Of a stretch of DNA of 64,000 bases, positions 38,564-59,444 are shown one piece after another (the stretch's first letter is position 1; every line of letters starts with the position of its first letter). The stretch spans positions 1,437,158 to 1,501,157 of the forward strand of contig OZ199838.1 in the NCBI GenBank assembly GCA_964304625.1, in the 5' to 3' direction. A program made the translations under genes and the position numbers. Below the pieces are notes generated by a model. The model ran no database searches. It was given only the letters and a program-made list of their open reading frames with translations, and had not been told where the DNA came from. The DNA is from Kudoa neothunni. Lineage: Eukaryota > Animalia > Cnidaria.

Positions 38564-41500
38564 TTATAGATCATAAGAAATGTCCTTAGAATTTTTTCTG
38601 TAAACAGCTATACCTATCACTACCAAAAGTGAAGCCACGATGGGTATTATTGCATATAATCTAAAAGAGATTATGTATAACAGATATATTTTCCGTTACA
38701 TGTAACTTCCAACAGACCTATCTAATGTCAAACATGAAAATATAAATTTAAGTTACGAATAACTATTCTTTGCAGCATCAAAATTGTGATTTTCTTTATT
38801 ATCTACAATTTTTCATATTTTTTATATAATTAAATTATAATAATTTTACTATATATAATGCTATAAATATGGCATAAAAAATTATTTTACCCTTTCCCAA
38901 CCTTTTCTATTACTTTCTGAACGATATCCTCTACTACAATGTTGGCATACTCGCTCCTTATGTTTTCTCCTTCTATAAATTCTTATTTCCACAAACTATT
39001 TGATTTAATTTACTAAAAATATATCATTATAATTATACAGTAAATAATTGGAATTTTATTACCCTTTCATTTTACCAATTTTGGAGTCTTCGTCAAATAT
39101 ATTATTAGAAAATAAAGATTATTTAATAATTTAAACGAAATATATTTACATTGAATACTATATTTGTTATAGAGTGAGTAATCTTTTGCTTTTAATTTCA
39201 TAATGTAATCTTTTTCCCTCGACAAATTATTGATGTTAACGATACACTTATTGGAAGAACATTCTTCATCATCATTACACCATGTAACAATTTTCCCCTC
39301 CTGGGTGTCTCCGATTTTTTCCTGAATCATAAACGGACATCTTGAATTGTCATCTTTTCCTGTGAAATCCACTTCAATTGTCAAGTCATTATCTCCATTC
39401 AACGAATGCTTAATTGAAATAGCACCATTTACTAAAAAATATAATTAAACATAAGTTAATAGATTCGGAATACTTGTGACAACAGAATAATCCTTTTGTT
39501 TTTTGCCGTCAGATGGTTCGACGATCACCTCGTAAGTCACTCCTAATTCTAGGTTGACAATTTTGAACATAGCATCACATTTATTCTCGCATGCTCCCAT
39601 TCCATCACACGAAGCCATATATTTTGGATCTGAGGCCCTAGTTTTCTTAACATAAATCCTACAGACCGGCAAGTAAGTATCGGTGCCAAATGGTGTTATT
39701 GTAGCGGTGGAACCCTTTTTGATTGGATCTGAATTATTCGCAGTTAAAGTTTCTCCCCCAGCTAAATATATTGTTAATATTTGATGTCCAAATAATATGT
39801 TACTTGTTCGGAATGTTATTTTCTTTATATAATTTTCGATTCCAACGTTGGTTATCGTTACAGAAACTAAGTAATTTGTGCCGGCCAGAAGCTCCTTAAT
39901 AGGATATGACTCTTCACAGCTAGTGTCGCATTCACCACCGTTATCACAAATAGCCCTTGCGTCAGTCGAAAAAGTAGTTGCTCGGCGTATTTTAATTGTG
40001 CACTCTATATTAGACTGACCTGTCTTCATAGTCTTATACACGTTAAGTCCATTAACGGTGACCTCCGTGCCCGTAATATCGCTTATATTTATGCCACTGT
40101 CATTTGCTATAAGACATTATTTTTAAAGTTAAATCCAATATTACTTTTAAAGTATTGTTTGAATCCTTCTCTATCAAACCTTCGTTTTACAATTATTCCA
40201 ATATTCTCATTTTCTTCCGTCAAATTGATAACACCATCTTGACAAAGATGGAAACACTCTTTTTTCTCCTCAGTACATCCATTCAGGACATCGTTTTCTT
40301 GATCTGAGCCATTTCCGTCTATCTTAAATACTTTTATATGACAAATCTCGTCATTGTATGGACCAGGAGAAAATTTTATCTGAAGTTTTCTATTGTCATT
40401 AGCAACCCTTGAAACAGAATAAATGATTTGAGATTTTAGGGGGGTACCAGATTTCAAATAAGTATTATTTATGTAATATAATATTCCAGGCCATAACAGT
40501 GTTGAACTGACATTATAATAACTTATGTATCTATCAAGTGGGAGAGAAGCGGATTTATTTTGTGGAGTCTCAGAATTGGCTCCCATTTTCAAGCTAGTCT
40601 TCATTGTGTCATTATGTGGATCATCCTCCCCATCATATTGTATATTCCATTCAGTTATTGAGTTTGATTTGTAAGAGAAACTAACTTTTCCAGCAGCATA
40701 AGATATTGCATAAGTGTTATCTTGTTTGTAATCTATAAAAAATATCGTTGAAAACTATATTATATAAATATTATTATTTTTAATTACTCATTATTATTGG
40801 GAACACTTGCATCTTTTTACATCTTCTGGCTTCTGCGTCGTCTGCGCCGTAACAAACTGATATATATCGATCAACTTTTGAATTAATGTATCCTACTTTA
40901 AGATCACTTCTATCGCAGTTCACTAAACAATCGCCTCCATCTTCGTCTGCGCAGAGTTGTGGCTTGTTAAATGCATTTTCCCTAAAATCAGCGATTTTTA
41001 TCACACACTTAGTCGCGGAAAAATCTTTCAGTGTAATTGAGAATTTTTCAGCTTCATCACCCGAGGATTTTATAAACTTTTGTTCAAGTTTTCCACTTCG
41101 AATAAAAGCTATAAATGTATGTCAACTTAAACTTCTCTGTAAATGTTACCTGGTATCGATAGTTTTGATGGTGATGATTTTTTGTCTGCGTAAATCATCA
41201 ACCTGTAGTTATACTTATTATCGTATATATCATCAAATACAATTTTGTCGCATTTTTTAATATCAGCCTCTTTCTTACAGTCAATGCAAGACTTAATTAT
41301 TCTCGTGGATGAAGCTATTTAAAGATAATAAAAGTAATATGACATTATTACTTCCGTCATTTTCATGTTTATATAGCTGATAGTAACAGATTGTATCCTC
41401 TGCTTTGTCGAAAGGTTGTTTTGTTTGTAGTAGGAGCTTGTTCTTCTTGGTATCAGTTGAAATTTCAAATTCAATTTGTTCTCCATCTATTTATTATTAA

Positions 41501-44500
41501 TTAATTAAATATGTAAATAATTCCCATTACTGGTTTTTTTGTTAATAATTTGAGTGTCATACGTTCCACTAGGAACAATTTTCAGTTCATACGAAGTATC
41601 GGAATTAAGCCCAATGATGTCGAACTTTGAATTGCACGGTTTTACACACAACTCCTTTACTGCACAAATTGCAGGATAATATAAATCACTTTTCTCTTTT
41701 ATGTAGATGGTACAAATTTTTTCTATAGTCGTTGAAATTTGGGTTATTGTGATTCTATTCGCACTGGTAGAGATTGAATCCTCTTCAATTGAAAGTTGTT
41801 GGTTTTGAGCTAAGAATATATTTAAAATAACTTTCAATCTTATTAAATACTTATTTTATGAAAAAAATATTTTCTTGGTGAGTAATTAGGTATACCCGTT
41901 ATGGTTACCATAACATCGTTATGTAAATGAGTTGGTTCAGGAGTAATTTGAATCTCCCCAAAGCTACAAGCGGGCGATGGATTATTTAAATTTTTCCTCT
42001 CATTTTCAGTAACTAATGGAGCGTATGTGTTCCAAAACTTTATTGAGCATGAAGCGATTGGAGGGGTAATTTCCTCACCATTTTCGTTTTTATTTTTGCC
42101 ATTAATGTCGATTTTAATGTTTGTTTTAGCTGTTGTCGCAGAAGCATCGTCTCCATGTTTCACTAAAAATTTTTGTTATTTAATAAATGGATCTAAATCT
42201 TACATATGTATATATTATTTTGATAACCGATACTGGGTTTCATTCCTAGTTTTAGGACCCTTATTTTAACCGCCTTTACATTCGATTTCATGTTTCCAAA
42301 TTTGTAGTTGTTGCAAATGCTGATAAAACAATTTTCCTTATTATCACATTCATTCGAAAAAAAACTGTTTGAATTTGACGCTGTGGCGTCTATCCACTCG
42401 AATGTGCACATTTCATATGGTTCTGAATTAATCAGTTGAACTGTGAATCTGTTTTGTTCATCATTTTTTATTTCGTAATAAAATCTACTGAACACTGGGG
42501 CATGATTTTTAACAAATGTATTGTCATAGAAATAATGAAAGTCAAAATATTCTGGGCAGCTTATATAATAATCTTTTATGAGCTCATCGAATTGAATTGA
42601 ATAACTTTCAAATTCACAATGGGAGTTGTCAGTTTGTTGTTTATCCGTCGTATAAGTTGGCTTTTCGGTATCCTTGAATGCATTGCACTCTAATGAACAT
42701 TTATTTAAACCCAAGTTTATTTTATCTTCTTTTAATTCAGCTATGTGAGTAAGTTCTTTGAAATGATCTACAAAAATTGTTAAATTTTTTAAGAACTTAT
42801 ATATTACCTATGTAGTATGAATAGACCTTTCCTGCATTAAAAGTAATTGTTTGCGTTTTTGATTGTGACGGTTGTCCTGAGCCAGATGACTCAGATGGAA
42901 GAGGGGAACCTGTTTTTCTCTCACCACTGTTGTCACCTTCATGAGATAGTCCTGCATTATCTGATTGCGATTTTGCAATAATTTCTCTGTTAATACCTGA
43001 TTTTTGGGCATCCGTGTTGATAGTTTTAGTGTTTTGATAAACGACAGAAATATAATTTGGTTTATTCGGACTATTAAGATCAATGGCAAATTTTGTTAAC
43101 AGTTCGTTGCATTTTGTTGAAGTTTTTCCGCTAGGTTTAACAACGGAATAACTCAAAAGGTTATCATTAGATTTTTGGACTGTGCAGTCTTTATCGACCT
43201 TACCAGTTAGATCATTATCTTTGAATTTTATCATGTGCTTTGATTCTGATTTATTGTAATATAGAACCATATTCTGATCACCTTCATCGCTACCACCTAT
43301 AAATGTAAAATTAATATTTCTATAAAAAGAAATTACATTCTATGTTTTTATCTGTCGGTTTAGAGTGGTCTAAATTTATAACCAATAGTTTATATGTAAT
43401 TTCACAGTTGAGAGAATCTAATGAGAAATCTAGGGTGTTAGATCCACTCGTTTGGGCAAGTTTGCAACTTCCGTTCAAACAATCCTTGATAATTTTGTTA
43501 GATCCTTGCTCCAGTAGAATGTATGCCCAAGAAGTTCCTAATGTTTGACCTGCAGCAGCAGTTAATGTAACCGTTGTTATCTTCCCCCGATCATTATCTG
43601 AGGTTCCTATTGTAATATCGATTCCGGTAGCTATTTAAATTCATTATTATTAGAATAATAAAAATAAATTACTCAATTTTGTAATGCTGTTAACGCAGTT
43701 ATATCCTTTCGGACAAACACTTATTTTATAGCTTGTTTTAGGATCAAGGTTAATAATATTGAAATCACCATTACAAGCATCAGAACAAAATTCATTAGCT
43801 TCACCTTTTTTACATGTAGCAGGATACATCGATGTATCGCTTTCAGCAACTGAATAATAGAGTTCACATTTTACTCCGTTCCTGTTTTCATCGGAAAATA
43901 AATTGGATAAATTTAGATTTAGTTTGGTATGTTGATTAGGAATTGTTTTTGGAGTAAGATTACCACGATTATTCGCTAAGTCATCCCCTATTTGAAATTA
44001 TAGATATAGACGTAATATGTACCGTTACCTTTAGTTTTGAAATAAAAATAACGGTGATAATGATTAACTTCAGGAGAATCTAATGTTGTGAGTCCTTTTA
44101 TCTTAAATTTTAAAATGTATTCTGTTAGTGGCATAAGCGACTTCAAACTAATAGACGTGAAGGCCATACACCCTCCGTCACACGTAAGATTTTCCCAATT
44201 ATCTTTAATTCCAAGATTCTTCTCAATTATTTTAACTTCTACGATAGCCGCTCCTTGTTTTACATCATTGTCGCCCTCATTTTTACCTAGACTATTTAAA
44301 TTTATAGTTGTTGAATCTTTGCCGATAGAAGTAACAGTAGGTTGACTGGTAGCGACTATAGAATCGATATGAAACATTAGATAAACTTCAATTTACATGT
44401 GATAGTTTGAATAAACTCTTTTGGTGTTATCTTATCAAAGGGTTTAACGAGTACTTGGGCGAACTTGAAATCTGTCTTATGGTATAAGGTCGCTTTGTAG

Positions 44501-45434
44501 CAAGGCTGAAGACAGGGCCCAGCTCTATTCATAGCTGAGCAACTAGAGGAAAAATGAGAGTCATTAATATCTTTAATTCCAAAATAGCAAATTTGCGAAG
44601 GTTTTGGATTTTGGAGTGTAATTGTGTAATAATAATTTGTATTTTTTGACCCAGTTGCAATAAACCAATCCTCATCAGGTTTTTTTGGATTCAATAAAAT
44701 TCCTGGTGAGCAACTACCTAGTTCAATCACATACGTAGGTTGATATGACTTAGAATATAATGTAATAGATTTGGCTGTATAAAATGCAGGCGACGATCCT
44801 TGTCTTTCTTTTGACACAGAATCTTCTTTGTCTTTCAATTCGCCGCTTTCTTTACTTTGAACTGAAAGAGTGAATGTAGTATTTGCTTTGGTTGCGGTCA
44901 ACGAACTCTTTATGTAAAGATCTATTTTATTATATTAAAATATTACCAAATAAGTTAATATACCTTTTATAGAAAAAACCTTATTGGCCGGACAGTTTTT
45001 CACATCAGTATCATCCTTACCTTGACACCATTTTATGTATTTGATGGTTTTGAACTCTTGACCACTGAGATTTAATTCGGTTTTTATACATTTGTAAATA
45101 CACATCTTTGAATCATCATCCATTGTCGTACCACCTATGTCTTTAGTGCACGTAGAGACGCCAATCTTCGCCCTATTTTGTCCATAGTATTGGAGAGCGC
45201 AATGTTTGAAACTATTCTCAATATTATATCCAGAAAATGAAATAATATAGTTCCCTTTACTACGTGAAAAATTCACTTTCATTATGTTATTATCAATATT
45301 ATCAGTGATCACATTTTTCGAATATAACACTAATAACGTTTAATATACATATAATCTCAAAGAAAACTACAAGTAAAAATGACGAGATATATTATAGAAG
45401 CATATCGTTGTCTCGAAGACAATTTCATCATCAT
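38564..45434 (-). CDS. Orphan type I transmembrane protein with ~18 Cys-rich FN3-like extracellular modules (~20 exons)
   Basis: Signal peptide MMMKLSSRQRYASIIYLVIFT|LLYSK. Successive ~270-550 nt exons, mostly with phase-1 introns, carry C-x-I-Y...C-x5-8-C-x3-C...I-x-NL-x3-T-x-Y motifs. TM segment LYAIIPIVASLLVVIGIAVY and tail RKNSKDISYDL*. Confidence 0.85.
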
Positions 45435-46485
45435 TAGCTTACTAATTGTAAATTAACAAAAAATGTTTTATCTAAATTTGTATCGATACGAATAGAGGAT
45501 TCGTCTTGTTAATTATTCGTACACTCAATTCAATAATAAAATAACCAGCTTCGATCTTACGAAAAGATATTAACTATTCAACTGTGAAAAAATTTTATGT
45601 GAATAGACGATCATCTTTTCGAGTATTATTGATTGTTTCTGATGTCCCAAGTATCACGTTCTTCGTTTACTCAAATGATTTCTATAATATATATAGGAAA
45701 TAGTATTTTAATATTATAAAACGTATAGAATTTTTTGTTAAAATTTCATATCACCGATTTGCGATCAATCAATAAGAATAATGAAAACTAACTGTCAATT
45801 GTATGATTGATTAAATTTAGGCTCAAATAATTTCCATGATAAAATTTAATCCTAAATATCGAGTAAGCACTCGCAATGGGATTTTTAGTTCCAGCAACTA
45901 TTACTCACAAACTGTACATAGATTTAATTAAATATAATCAAAACTAGTGACATCTGCATGGTATTTACCATGCCAATAGCAACTTCTTTTATTTTAGGAC
46001 TATCGTTAATAGTATTTTTAGTTATTATATGATAGAGTTTCATGATGTTAAATTAAAATTTCACTTATACTATTCAATAATGTCTAATTTCTAATAAAAT
46101 AAAAAATATTTGTGTTTTCTAAGAATATGATTAAAACGAAAAAATATTTACATTATTTTACAAATTTTTATATGAAATTTTTTGTTGAAATAAAGAAATT
46201 ATGTAGTTATTTTCCTAAATCAGACAACCATTATTACCTGGCGTTATTGTTAAAAATTGTTAATTTAAATTGCATATTTAATATAATAAAATTACCTAAT
46301 TAAATGTTTTTTCATGTACATTAAACAAAAATATGCATGATTCCTGAAATTTACAACATAAAAAATTGAATACTAAAGTTTAACATTTACAAAAACTATT
46401 CATCTGTTTCATTAAAAAAAATTCTTTATTAAGAAACAAGTTTACGTGAATTTATAATATTATAGTGACATCTATCCATCTACCA

Positions 46486-47593
46486 TCTACTATATACATA
46501 AAGCTGAAGTGTCCGTGTGTCAACAAGTACGCATATGTGTCAAAATTTTTTCCTTATAGAGAGACATATGAAACTTTTTAAAAATCACAATGTTTAAAAA
46601 AATCTTTAAACCGTCTTCACACGATCAAATTTTCCTCAAAGTGTTTAGAAAATGGTGATTTTGTCGATTCAAAGTTTATTTATCGAATTACGTGTGTTCA
46701 CCAATTGGATTAACACCTGCCTATGACCTGCTGATGGTCGGTTGAAGTTAATTTTCTCCTTTATATGCTCTATTAAATGTCGATTAAATGCTGCTATCTG
46801 ACTTTGTATATAAATTTAGTTTTTCATGCAGATACATTCCTTATTTGAGGCGTTTTAACATATATGACTTGATAAGTATATTCTAAAGGTTCTATTAATG
46901 GTTTTAAATAAAATGAAAAATCTATATATGTTTCAGTAATAACGATTTGGTAAGGAATTCTATAATCAGATAGATTGAAGCATTATAATGGAAATATTGT
47001 GTCCGAGGATAATTTCAACGAAATTATCCTCAATGTTGAGCTTTTAGTTATTAGATTCAATGCAGATAGTTGTACTCTGACTTTATCTAATTATATAAAT
47101 TATATTTATGTAGATATTGAAGCTATTTTTAGCTGTTTTTTGGGGGAAAAATGCACTAATGTTTATTCCGGGCCAAGCAATGCTAATTTTAGCAATATCA
47201 ATTAATTTTCATATTTTTTCTATTTTTTTATCTCAAAAGAAGTTAGTGGTGCACATAGTTACCGATTCGGGCCATGAAATAACGTTCTAGATAACACATT
47301 AACGGGATGATTTAAATAATTTAGAATGAAAAAAATACGACGCTGACCGTAACTTTTTAGTGTTGGTACAGAGCCACGAAATTTTTAAATGAACGCCGGG
47401 ATTGGAACACTCCATTAAAGAAATGATCATAATTTAAATTTCATAATCCAAATCGTTAGAGTTTGTTGCTTAAAACTTTTTAGTTATTTTATTTCTATGG
47501 GTTAATTCGAAATTTCAATATATTTTTTGGACGCTATTAAAAAACGTCTTTAGGCAAAATGTTCCCCAAGCAACGCTGGGTAGTTCGCGCTAG
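46486..47593 (+). mobile_element. Non-autonomous Helitron-like element
   Basis: 5' A|TCTACTATATACATAAAG...gtgtccgtgtgt. 3' imperfect hairpin ccca-agcaacgc-tggg followed by CTAG|T. A second copy lies at 1840-2855. Confidence 0.8.
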
Positions 47594-47767
47594 TTTATTT
47601 AAAAGACACTAACGTAAGAGAATAAAATCCGAGTAATATTTTAAAAAATTACACTTTTTGCAGTGATACGATCAACCACTCTTGTAAAGAGATGTTAACT
47701 CACAGTCTTATTACAAAAGAAATGAAAATCAAAATTAAATACATCATCACAAAATACAAAAAAAACA

Positions 47768-48416
47768 TTAAAAACGTTCGGTTTTTGCAATAAAATAAAT
47801 TTCAGCCATAAAAACCACAGTCATGATAGTCAGCGCCACCATCACACGATAGGACTCCGATTTAAACGCTACAACGGAACCATAATAACCAAACACAAAC
47901 GACCCAGCCAACGTAACCGTTAGCCCGATAAAAGACCAAAATATTTTGGACAGCTGAGATAATTCATGCCGAAAATCACCATAATGACTATTCGCTCCAT
48001 TACGCGAACGGCCCCAAACAATCAGTATTTCTTATCATATGCTCGTATACAGCCCTGTCTTTCATTTCCCTCAAACGCTCCATTCGTGGATTTGATAATG
48101 GGGAATCGTTTTCAACATTGGATTCGAGATCCAAAGATTCCTTCAACAAATCAGTTGGCTCCATTTTATTATCGAACAGCTCCTCCGTAACAAAGCTACA
48201 GTCTTTAATAATATCACAAAATGTTATTTCTCTTTGCAGATCGTCTACGACCAACTGATTGATTATGTTCTTCAGATCTTCAATGGAATTACAATTAGCT
48301 ATAAGCTGATCGTATTTTTCTTTTGAAGAAGAATCAGATGATAGCGCATGGTTCTCATTCGCCAATTTTGATAAACTCTCTTTTGCCGATGATCCTACAA
48401 CAATCCCAACCTTCAT
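47768..48416 (-). CDS. TMEM199: V-ATPase assembly factor TMEM199/VMA12; needs a 1-nt correction at the run 48012-48015
   Basis: RMERLREMKDRAVYEHMIRN, then in the shifted frame two TM helices IFWSFIGLTVTLAGSFVFGYY and RVMVALTIMTVVFMAEIYFI. This matches the Vma12 pattern R...L......Y..M..N ... AE.Y. Confidence 0.85.
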
Positions 48417-50710
48417 TCAACTGGGCCGGAACAGCTCGAGGCCATTCGTTGAATTTTTATTTAATTCAATGAACCCCTTGTTTCTGCGAGTGATTCACTT
48501 AACCGCTTTCTGTGAATATTGAAAAGAGCGTATAAAATAAATACCTTTAAAAATGGGCTCATATCATTCAATTACTAATTTTTTAGTATTATTTGGAATT
48601 AATAGTAATATATGTATAATTTAAAAAAGTAATAAAATGCTAAGTTCATACAAAATTTATAATACTAATAAATAGTATATGCATCGATGATAATACTCCC
48701 ATTATAAGTTTGATCCGATTTGAGTACTAAATTTTATTTAATGCAGAGCTTCTCAAACCTCCAAAGGATTCTAGAAACACTTATTGGAGATCTGAGACTC
48801 ATTCCTTGGGTCAACGAAAAAATTTTACCACCTATCATGTATCATGCTTTGTGCGTAATCAGAATCGTTCTCGAAGGTATATCATATGGGATTCATGTGT
48901 GATCGGTGCTGAAATAAGCCTGATAAATAATGGTCATTCGATGAATTTTAGTGAAAACTAATTTTATTTTTCAATTCACTATTTTTTATATTTATAAAGC
49001 AATTATTTAATTTATATCATATATAATCCAGAGTAAAAAAATACGATATATTCACTCATTAATTGAAACGATAAAAGCTGTAAATAATAGTACAATAAAT
49101 TTTATTTTCAAGAATAGTATTGTATATTTTTTAAGTAACCTAAAAGCCAAGTAGGAATTAAAATTAGTGTCAAAATTGAGTTTTTTAGATTTTTTCTGTT
49201 GAATTATTTTAAATTCTTTTCCTTAGAATGAAAATTAATTTACATCCAAAAAATTAATAAACCAAAACTTTACATTCATGATTTGGTCGTGTATTTTTTC
49301 ATCATTCAATTGTTAGATTTATAATTATAACAACAAGATTTGACATTCAGCGCGTGCGCGAATTTCTCATCAATATATTAAATATATCATCCATTTGTAA
49401 ATTGTGATATGTTCATAGCATTATCTAATGAAGAGCTTCGTTTCGACTTAATGATTCCCCCAAAAGAAATAAATAAAAGTCAAAACGATTAATTGATTTT
49501 CATTTGTATCTATTTTATTTGCATTTGTTCTCTCTTTGGGTAGATTACATTTTCTTTAACATATAATTTAAGTAGAAAAATTTAACTTATTTAAAAATAA
49601 ATCCGTTTTATAATTTATTTTCGAGTTGGAAGGAGTTCTAAATGATGGCCTTATTCCTTTAAAAATACAATCGAAAATGTAAAACACTCAAGTTTTTTAT
49701 CTGAAAGAGAATTTTTAATTTCTGAAAATTTTCTGAGAGAAAAAGAATATAGATCGAGCTGAATTACTCGATACACTTATGATATCTTCCAACGACACTT
49801 AATATTTATATAAAGGATCAAACAAATCCAGAAAACTCAATATTTTATTTGTTTACGTTTAGTGTAAATATAATTCTACGTTACTCTTGTTTTATTCCAA
49901 ATTTCCGCTTTTGTATATTGTATATAATGGGAAAGTGTTTATTCACAGAAAAGAAGGAAGGGTATTGGATTTAGGCTATTAAACGACCGAGGTACTGATG
50001 GAAAGTCGACGTTTTTACAAGTAATATTACAAATAAAATGTTACCTTCATCTTATAGCGTACTATTAATATAAATTAAATATAAAAAAGTATGGAGAAAT
50101 TATGTTATTTTTAGGGTCGAGATTATACTGAAGTAAGGTTTTCTTAATCAGTTCGAGCTCTGAAGATCGCAGTTATCTAACGAATGTCTTAATCGATTCT
50201 TATTTTTGATTCAGAAAATATCATGTTCAGCTTATTAGAAACTCTTCATTTCATGCCATATCACGAATTAGTCTTCAAGTAAACGCTTGTTAGAAATTCT
50301 AGCTCCAAAATATCGTTGAAGATAAGTCATTTTTCTGATAGTTAGCTGGTTAAGATAATGCTAATGGATTTGAATCCCGACATTACAATTCATTACACAT
50401 CTACTACAACTTCAATAGAGCACGATTATACGTTCTAATGTTTATACGATATATCGTATACATATTAGAACAGCAACAGTCACATGCTACATATTCTATT
50501 TACAGTTAAACGGTGAAGACGCTCTGAGATACAGTCATAACTATTAAATATATGTTTTAGGTTAGGTCAATTTAAAAAAAAATCTAAACTCCTCCGCGAT
50601 ATAATATTATTATTATCATTTAAATCTAATTTCTGAGGGGTGTCTACAAAATCCCAATCCCTATGCATTTTACAAAAACATTTTGCGTGTAAACCCAAAA
50701 TAAAAAATAT

Positions 50711-57932
<7,222 letters not shown>

Positions 57933-57948
57933 GTCCCGCTTTGGTATA

Positions 57949-57960
57949 TGCGCTTGCGCA
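57949..57960. promoter_or_regulatory. NRF1-type motif upstream of SMC5
   Basis: TGCGCTTGCGCA, 16 nt before the ATG at 57932. Confidence 0.55.
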
Positions 57961-58245
57961 TTATTGATCAATGATAGAACTTTTTTCAACGTGTGCACTC
58001 TTTTCGAGAATTAATAGTGTAAAATTCAGGATTACTATAGCCATTATCAAATTCGGGTTTAAAATTTGTTTAGTGAGAATTTATGGTTGTGTATTAGATC
58101 AAGTTGATTTTTAGTTTAGTCACAAACTATTCCTTTAACCAAAAAAATCATTATATTGTATGTTCGTAATAATTAGAAAAATCTTTATATCAAGAAAACA
58201 TCGACTATCTTCTTTAGCGCTAGTTTGGGGAATTTTTAATTTAAC

Positions 58246-59415
58246 CAGTGGTTCTCAACTCTTCTTCCGTGCGGACTCCTAATGTGTTCAATAGTTTTAT
58301 CACTCAGCCCATCTTACTTTAATGCATAAACCAATCATACGTATAAATGTTTTGACCTTTTCGTTCCCATCGTCCACCTTAGTTTTTTTAAAAAAATATT
58401 TTAATTATTTATATTTAAAAAAATAAAATTCAAGTTGTATATAATGTTAATATTAGGTTAATTTAAAAAATTATAGATGCAATAAAAAAATTGGGAACTA
58501 AAGGATCATCTTAAATTATTTATCCAACATCCCCAATTTTATTTATATTTATTAAAATATTAATTATGCATATTAATTATGTGTACTAATTATGTATACT
58601 AATTATGTAGGGGTTTTATTTTAAAATATATACTAACAATTTATAATTAACAACTATGAAATCCTTCGCGGTAATTTTTTTAGAAATTATTATAACCCTC
58701 ATCAAGTATAGACAATGACGTATAATATTTCAACATAAAAAATTTTAAAGTGTACATGTCCCTTATAATATTCGAATTATTTGTTCTATATAAAGTCTCT
58801 ATTTTTGTTAATTATTGCGTTAATTAAAATAAATAATTATCAAAGGAGGAATTATTATAAAATAGAAGGCGATATTAATACATTAAAATATTTTTTATAC
58901 AAGTAATAGAATATTTAATGAGAATTTTGTAATTGCCTTTCACCATTAAGTTCACAGAACTCTGACAAAATATTTGAAAGAACAATACGCATATAAACGA
59001 GCTTGTGACTTTTGCATGGTAGTCAGCATGGAAATCTCGTTTCGCAATATTAGGCTGTTGTACACTGGGTAATCAAGATAATTGCATATTCTGCAGCATT
59101 AAGCAATTTTGTTGGAAATTTTTGGTTTTTATCGAATAACCTACCTACTGATTAACTTTTGTTTCGATAGATTTATTTACAAAATAAAGTATAACAAAAG
59201 GAAATTTTGTAATGAATATAAAATATTCATAAGAAACAATAATGCTGGGGCATATCTGATAATTTTAATAGTTACGCTAATATTAAAAAATTCCTAATTA
59301 TCATTAATGTATGATGACAAAAATGGATTCAGATTTCATTGAAATCACTCGCGGACCACTTAGATTCGCCCTCAGACCCCTTAGGGGTCCGTGAACCCCA
59401 GATTAAGAAACGTTG
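58246..59415 (-). mobile_element. hAT (Charlie/Buster-like) element retaining the transposase 3' end
   Basis: TIR CAGTGGTTCTCAAC and right end ...ccccagattaagaaacgttg, with near-matching 8-bp flanks aatttaac/atttaaac. Minus-strand TTA*YCETRF...MRIVLSNI...RQLQNSH* is the Buster/ZBED5-type C-terminus. Confidence 0.8.
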
Positions 59416-59444
59416 ATTTAAACTATCATTGACTTTACTTTAAC

